From assembly GCA_963771465.1 (NCBI GenBank), contig CAVYTU010000016.1, forward strand, positions 96,001 through 160,000: 64,000 nucleotides of DNA, in the 5' to 3' direction. This DNA is from an uncultured delta proteobacterium (lineage in GTDB: Bacteria; Desulfobacterota; Binatia; UBA9968). The notes beneath the pieces are model-generated. The model saw nothing but the letters and a program-made list of their open reading frames with translations, did no database searches and was not told the origin of the DNA. This document shows, one piece after another, positions 60,732 to 64,000 of this stretch. Made by a program: the position numbers and the translations under genes. How positions within the stretch are numbered: position 1 is the stretch's first letter; each line of letters begins with the position of its first letter.

Positions 60732-61607
60732 TTAACTGACCCGCGCCGCGACTTCCGCTAACCGTTCCAGTTGATCCAGATCTTCGGCGCACGGACGCAG
60801 GATGAATTCATTGACGCCCATGCCGGCTTGGCGTTTGATCGATTCCTGCACCGCTTCTGGGGAAGCTGGCAGCGACAGCAAACGCTTCGCGGCGAGTTCC
60901 GGATTGTAACCGTAATTGTGGTTAATGTATTTGGCGGCTTGATCTTGCGCATTTGGCCCAAGGGCGAAATAACTGGCACCGACCCAGCGTGGTTGGCCTT
61001 GGCGCTGGTTGTCTTGCCACGATTGTAAGATGTCGCGCCACATTTTTTGCATCGCTTGCGGCTCGCCGCCTCCCGGCGCCATGTAGCCGTCGCCCCATTT
61101 GCCAATACGCGTTGCGATCGCCGGCACGTAGCCGCCGATAAGCATTTCCGGACCGCCATGCCGGAATGCCGGAGGTCCGATCGGACCGGTGTTGTTCGAC
61201 AACGCTTCTCCACCCCACAGACGGCGCAGCAGGGCGAACTGTTCTTCCGAACGCCGGCCGCGTCGATGAAAATTCTCGCCGGCGGCGAGGTAGTCATTTT
61301 TACGCACACCGATGCCGACACCAAGGGTCAGCCGTCCCGCGGAGAGCGTGTCGACGGTCGCGGCTTGTCTGGCGAGCAGCGTCGTTTCTCTAGTCGGTCC
61401 GATGATGACGCTGGTCATCAGTCTTATCCGACTAGTCGCGCCCGCCGCCATGGCGAGCAGCGCAAGCGGCTCGAGCGCTTGCGAAACGACTCGGTCGGTA
61501 ACGACGAGACTAGAAAACGGACCTCGTTCGGCGCGGGTGATCCATTCGAGCATTAACTCGCTGGTCGCTGACGCGATCCGGCTGGGTAATCCAAGTGCGA
61601 TTCGCAT
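60732..61607 (-). CDS. LLM-class flavin/F420-dependent oxidoreductase
   Basis: AERGPFSSL.VTDRVV, RIRLMTSV, VDTLSAGRLTLGVGIG; ATG 61607 with GGAGG RBS. Confidence 0.88.
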   Translation of the reverse strand: MRIALGLPSRIASATSELMLEWITRAERGPFSSLVVTDRVVSQALEPLALLAMAAGATSRIRLMTSVIIGPTRETTLLARQAATVDTLSAGRLTLGVGIGVRKNDYLAAGENFHRRGRRSEEQFALLRRLWGGEALSNNTGPIGPPAFRHGGPEMLIGGYVPAIATRIGKWGDGYMAPGGGEPQAMQKMWRDILQSWQDNQRQGQPRWVGASYFALGPNAQDQAAKYINHNYGYNPELAAKRLLSLPASPEAVQESIKRQAGMGVNEFILRPCAEDLDQLERLAEVAARVS

Positions 61608-61712
61608 GAAGCCTCCGATATTTTTAACGGTGCGCCGACCTGAAGCGATTTTCAATCTCTATGGTAGATTTCCCACAGCTCGTTGCGTTAAGTGAATTGC
61701 CTATCCGAAGTC

Positions 61713-61790
61713 CGTCATTCCCGCATGCTTTAAGCGGGAATCCAGGCGGGGCCGGATCTGGACCGCCGATAAAAACATTCGGGGGTGACG
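61713..61790. repeat. Bipartite REP/RPE-like palindromic element
   Basis: CGTC-ATTCCCGC-atgctttaa-GCGGGAAT-CCAG ... CTGG-ACCGCCGA-taaaaacat-TCGGGGGT-GACG: two hairpins inside CGTC/GACG and CCAG/CTGG brackets. Confidence 0.8.
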
Positions 61791-61916
61791 CCTTTAAGAA
61801 AGTCTCATCGCTGATATCGCGTAGCTTGCTGCGGCGTTGTTCATCTGCGCGACGTCGTCAATTATCTTGCCACGAATGGCCGAATCCTATAAAGAACATG
61901 GCTTCTGGAGATTACA

Positions 61917-62891
61917 ATGAATCGTCGCTACTTGGGTTTCATCATATCGGCATTTTTTCAACGGCTTTCTTTACCGGGGCTGCTGTTCGGCTCGCTGTTG
62001 TTGGCCAATCTTCTGCTGGGCGACGGCGCGCTCGCGCAGGTGGGAAGCAAGAGTGATTCGCGCGCCATCGTATTAGGGCTGATTTCCGAGGTCAATCAGT
62101 CGGCCCTCGAAGCACAGTTTCGCGACTTCGTCCGCTACGTTGCCCGCCGGCTAGCGATGGGACCGGAAAGCGACGCCAAAGTGATCATTGCCCCGACGGC
62201 TTTCGAGCTGGTTAAACATTTGGAGCAGCGGCGCGTCGACTTTTACATGGAGAGCGCTTATCCGACGTACACGATTAACTATGTCCACAACGCCGGCAAA
62301 ACATTGCTCCGGCGTTGGAAGGGCGGCGTAGCTGAGTACCAAAGCCTGATCATCACCAAACGCGACAGCGGCGTGAAGGGGCTCGCCGACTTGCGCGGTA
62401 AGACGATGATCTTCGAAGATCCCGGCTCGACTTCTGGGTATCTCATGCCGAAACTATTCCTCGCGCGCAACGGCTTTAAACTCGCCGAGAAGCGCGGCTT
62501 CGACGCCAACGCGTCGCCGGCGGATATCACCTATACGTTTGCAAATTCTCGACGCAAGCTGCTTGAGTCGGTACTCAACAAACAAGTCGCCGCCGGCGCC
62601 ATCAGCGACGACGACTACGCTAGACTCGATGGCGCGAGCAAGTCCGACATCGCGGTGCTGGCGCAGACCGAAAGGTTGCCGCGCCATCTGGTGTCGGTGC
62701 GCGCCGATCTATCACAGCAAACCGTGGCTCGGCTGCATGATATTTTGATCGCGATACACGACGACCCGGAAGGGCAAAAGATTCTCAAAAAAACCGATCA
62801 GACGACGAAGTTTGACCGGCTACCCGGAGGCGAAGAAGCCTTACGCAAGCGGCTGTTGGATAGTTTTTTCTCCCCTGAACGGGCGAAGTAA
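61917..62891 (+). CDS. PhnD-like phosphate/phosphonate substrate-binding protein
   Basis: YQSLII, DLRGKT and DPGSTSGYLMP motifs; signal peptide. Confidence 0.88.
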   Translation: MNRRYLGFIISAFFQRLSLPGLLFGSLLLANLLLGDGALAQVGSKSDSRAIVLGLISEVNQSALEAQFRDFVRYVARRLAMGPESDAKVIIAPTAFELVKHLEQRRVDFYMESAYPTYTINYVHNAGKTLLRRWKGGVAEYQSLIITKRDSGVKGLADLRGKTMIFEDPGSTSGYLMPKLFLARNGFKLAEKRGFDANASPADITYTFANSRRKLLESVLNKQVAAGAISDDDYARLDGASKSDIAVLAQTERLPRHLVSVRADLSQQTVARLHDILIAIHDDPEGQKILKKTDQTTKFDRLPGGEEALRKRLLDSFFSPERAK

Positions 62892-62948
62892 TCCCCCACC
62901 GGCCAATAAAACGGCAAAGGTGGCGCGCATCCCGATTGAATGGATCGC

Positions 62949-63137
62949 TTAGGGGACCAGCGCGAGGGCTAACTCAAGAACATTCCGGGCGTGGAGGATG
63001 CCTTTGCGAAAGCGTTCTTTGGCGGCCTTTTCGCTGTTGTCATCGCCGTGGGCCATGGTGAATTCGTTAAAGAAAACTTTATACAGCGTTTCCACGGTGT
63101 CGCCGTGAGCGCGCTTGATCAGATCCTGTTCGCTCAT
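62949..63137 (-). CDS. Small hypothetical protein (62 aa, probably helical)
   Basis: Strong AAGGAGG RBS; co-oriented downstream of the Rieske gene. Confidence 0.6.
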   Translation of the reverse strand: MSEQDLIKRAHGDTVETLYKVFFNEFTMAHGDDNSEKAAKERFRKGILHARNVLELALALVP

Positions 63138-63198
63138 CTGTTCTTCCTCCTTCTTTGGCTATTTGGGTGCGCGAAAGTGCGCATCGATCGCTTATCGT

Positions 63199-63999
63199 TC
63201 AACCCAGCGCGTCGATCTCCGCCATGCTGGCGTCGAAAGTGATCCGTTCATTCTGCTCCGGCTGGCGCAGCGTCCAGAAGGGATCTTTGCCGGCGCGCAC
63301 GGCTTCTATCGATTCCAAAATTAAATTGCGCAGCAAGATGACGCCTTCGTCGGCGGCGCCGAGGTGTTCTTTGCTGCGGTCGTAGATGTCGCCTTGGCTT
63401 TCCTGGGCGACGCGGTCTTGATCATGCGAGGCGATGCCCCACCAGCCGTCGTCAACGCGCGTATAAACTCCCGGCTTGTCGTCTTCGAAGCCGATGGTTT
63501 TTTGCACCAGCGGGTTGCCTCGCTCGGCTTCCGTGTAGGGTGTGAAGCGCAGCCAAAATGTCGTCGTCTTGGTGTCGTCCGTCGGCACGCGAAAACGAAT
63601 CGCATGATCGGGGATGCGCCCTTTGCGCGCGGTGGTGTGGCGCGTGTGCGAGGGAAAGACCCAGTGCGAATGTTTCGGCTTGGACACCCCCGGCACGTGC
63701 ATAGTGATCTTGGCGCCGTAGGCGGTTTTCTCCCAGCCGATCTCCGGCCGCTTGAGCGCCATATGCGGATATTCCGGCGCGTGCAGGGCGACCAGGTGAG
63801 TTTGGTCTACCGAGTTCTCCGCGCGCTGAAGCCAATTGCAATATTCCGTGCCGGCACCGATGACGCGTTCGCCGTTTTCTTCAAGCAGCAAATCATAGCG
63901 CGGCATGAGCGGCGCGGGATCGGGGCCGATGTAAGCGAAGATGAAACCGCCGAGTTCTTGAACTTTGTACGCCGGGTGTTTGATGCGGTCCTTGAACGT
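63199..63999 (-). CDS. Rieske oxygenase alpha subunit (5' part outside the window)
   Basis: Frame is open to the window edge: HPAYKVQELGGFIFAYIGP..., CNWLQRAENSVDQTHLVALH, QDRVAQESQG and EHLG..DEG. Confidence 0.88.
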   Translation of the reverse strand, partial: TFKDRIKHPAYKVQELGGFIFAYIGPDPAPLMPRYDLLLEENGERVIGAGTEYCNWLQRAENSVDQTHLVALHAPEYPHMALKRPEIGWEKTAYGAKITMHVPGVSKPKHSHWVFPSHTRHTTARKGRIPDHAIRFRVPTDDTKTTTFWLRFTPYTEAERGNPLVQKTIGFEDDKPGVYTRVDDGWWGIASHDQDRVAQESQGDIYDRSKEHLGAADEGVILLRNLILESIEAVRAGKDPFWTLRQPEQNERITFDASMAEIDALG

Positions 64000-64000
64000 G

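Overview
A GC-rich bacterial window made almost entirely of small-molecule uptake and catabolism genes. It has about 21 solute-binding-fold proteins (NMT1/THI5-type, AfuA-type, family 3, family 5, TTT/Bug and PhnD-type) but only one permease pair and no ABC ATPase. Enzymes include 5 amidohydrolase-2 proteins, several cupins, 2 Rieske oxygenases, 2 LLM oxidoreductases, a BbsE/F-like CoA-transferase pair with an enoyl-CoA hydratase, 3 VOC proteins, MmgE/PrpD and an orphan GlmL. I recognised no transcriptional regulator, rRNA, tRNA or CRISPR array. This gene content resembles Candidatus Binatia (Binatota) genomes, which is my inference and was not tested. Highlights: (1) two paralogous PBP-fold proteins with no signal peptide and a conserved PTCYHxLHxVP motif, candidate cytoplasmic enzymes; (2) a TAT-less reductive-dehalogenase-like gene coupled to a ferredoxin; (3) a cupin/amidohydrolase/heme-oxygenase-like diiron enzyme cluster; (4) a ferredoxin-HbpS/GlcG fusion bracketed by heptamer arrays; (5) a family of intergenic 7/8/9-bp periodic repeats, some as inverted pairs; (6) an IS remnant and possible degenerate attC sites. 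About nine genes carry small frameshifts, most likely assembly indels. All family calls come from motif recognition by eye; no database searches were run.
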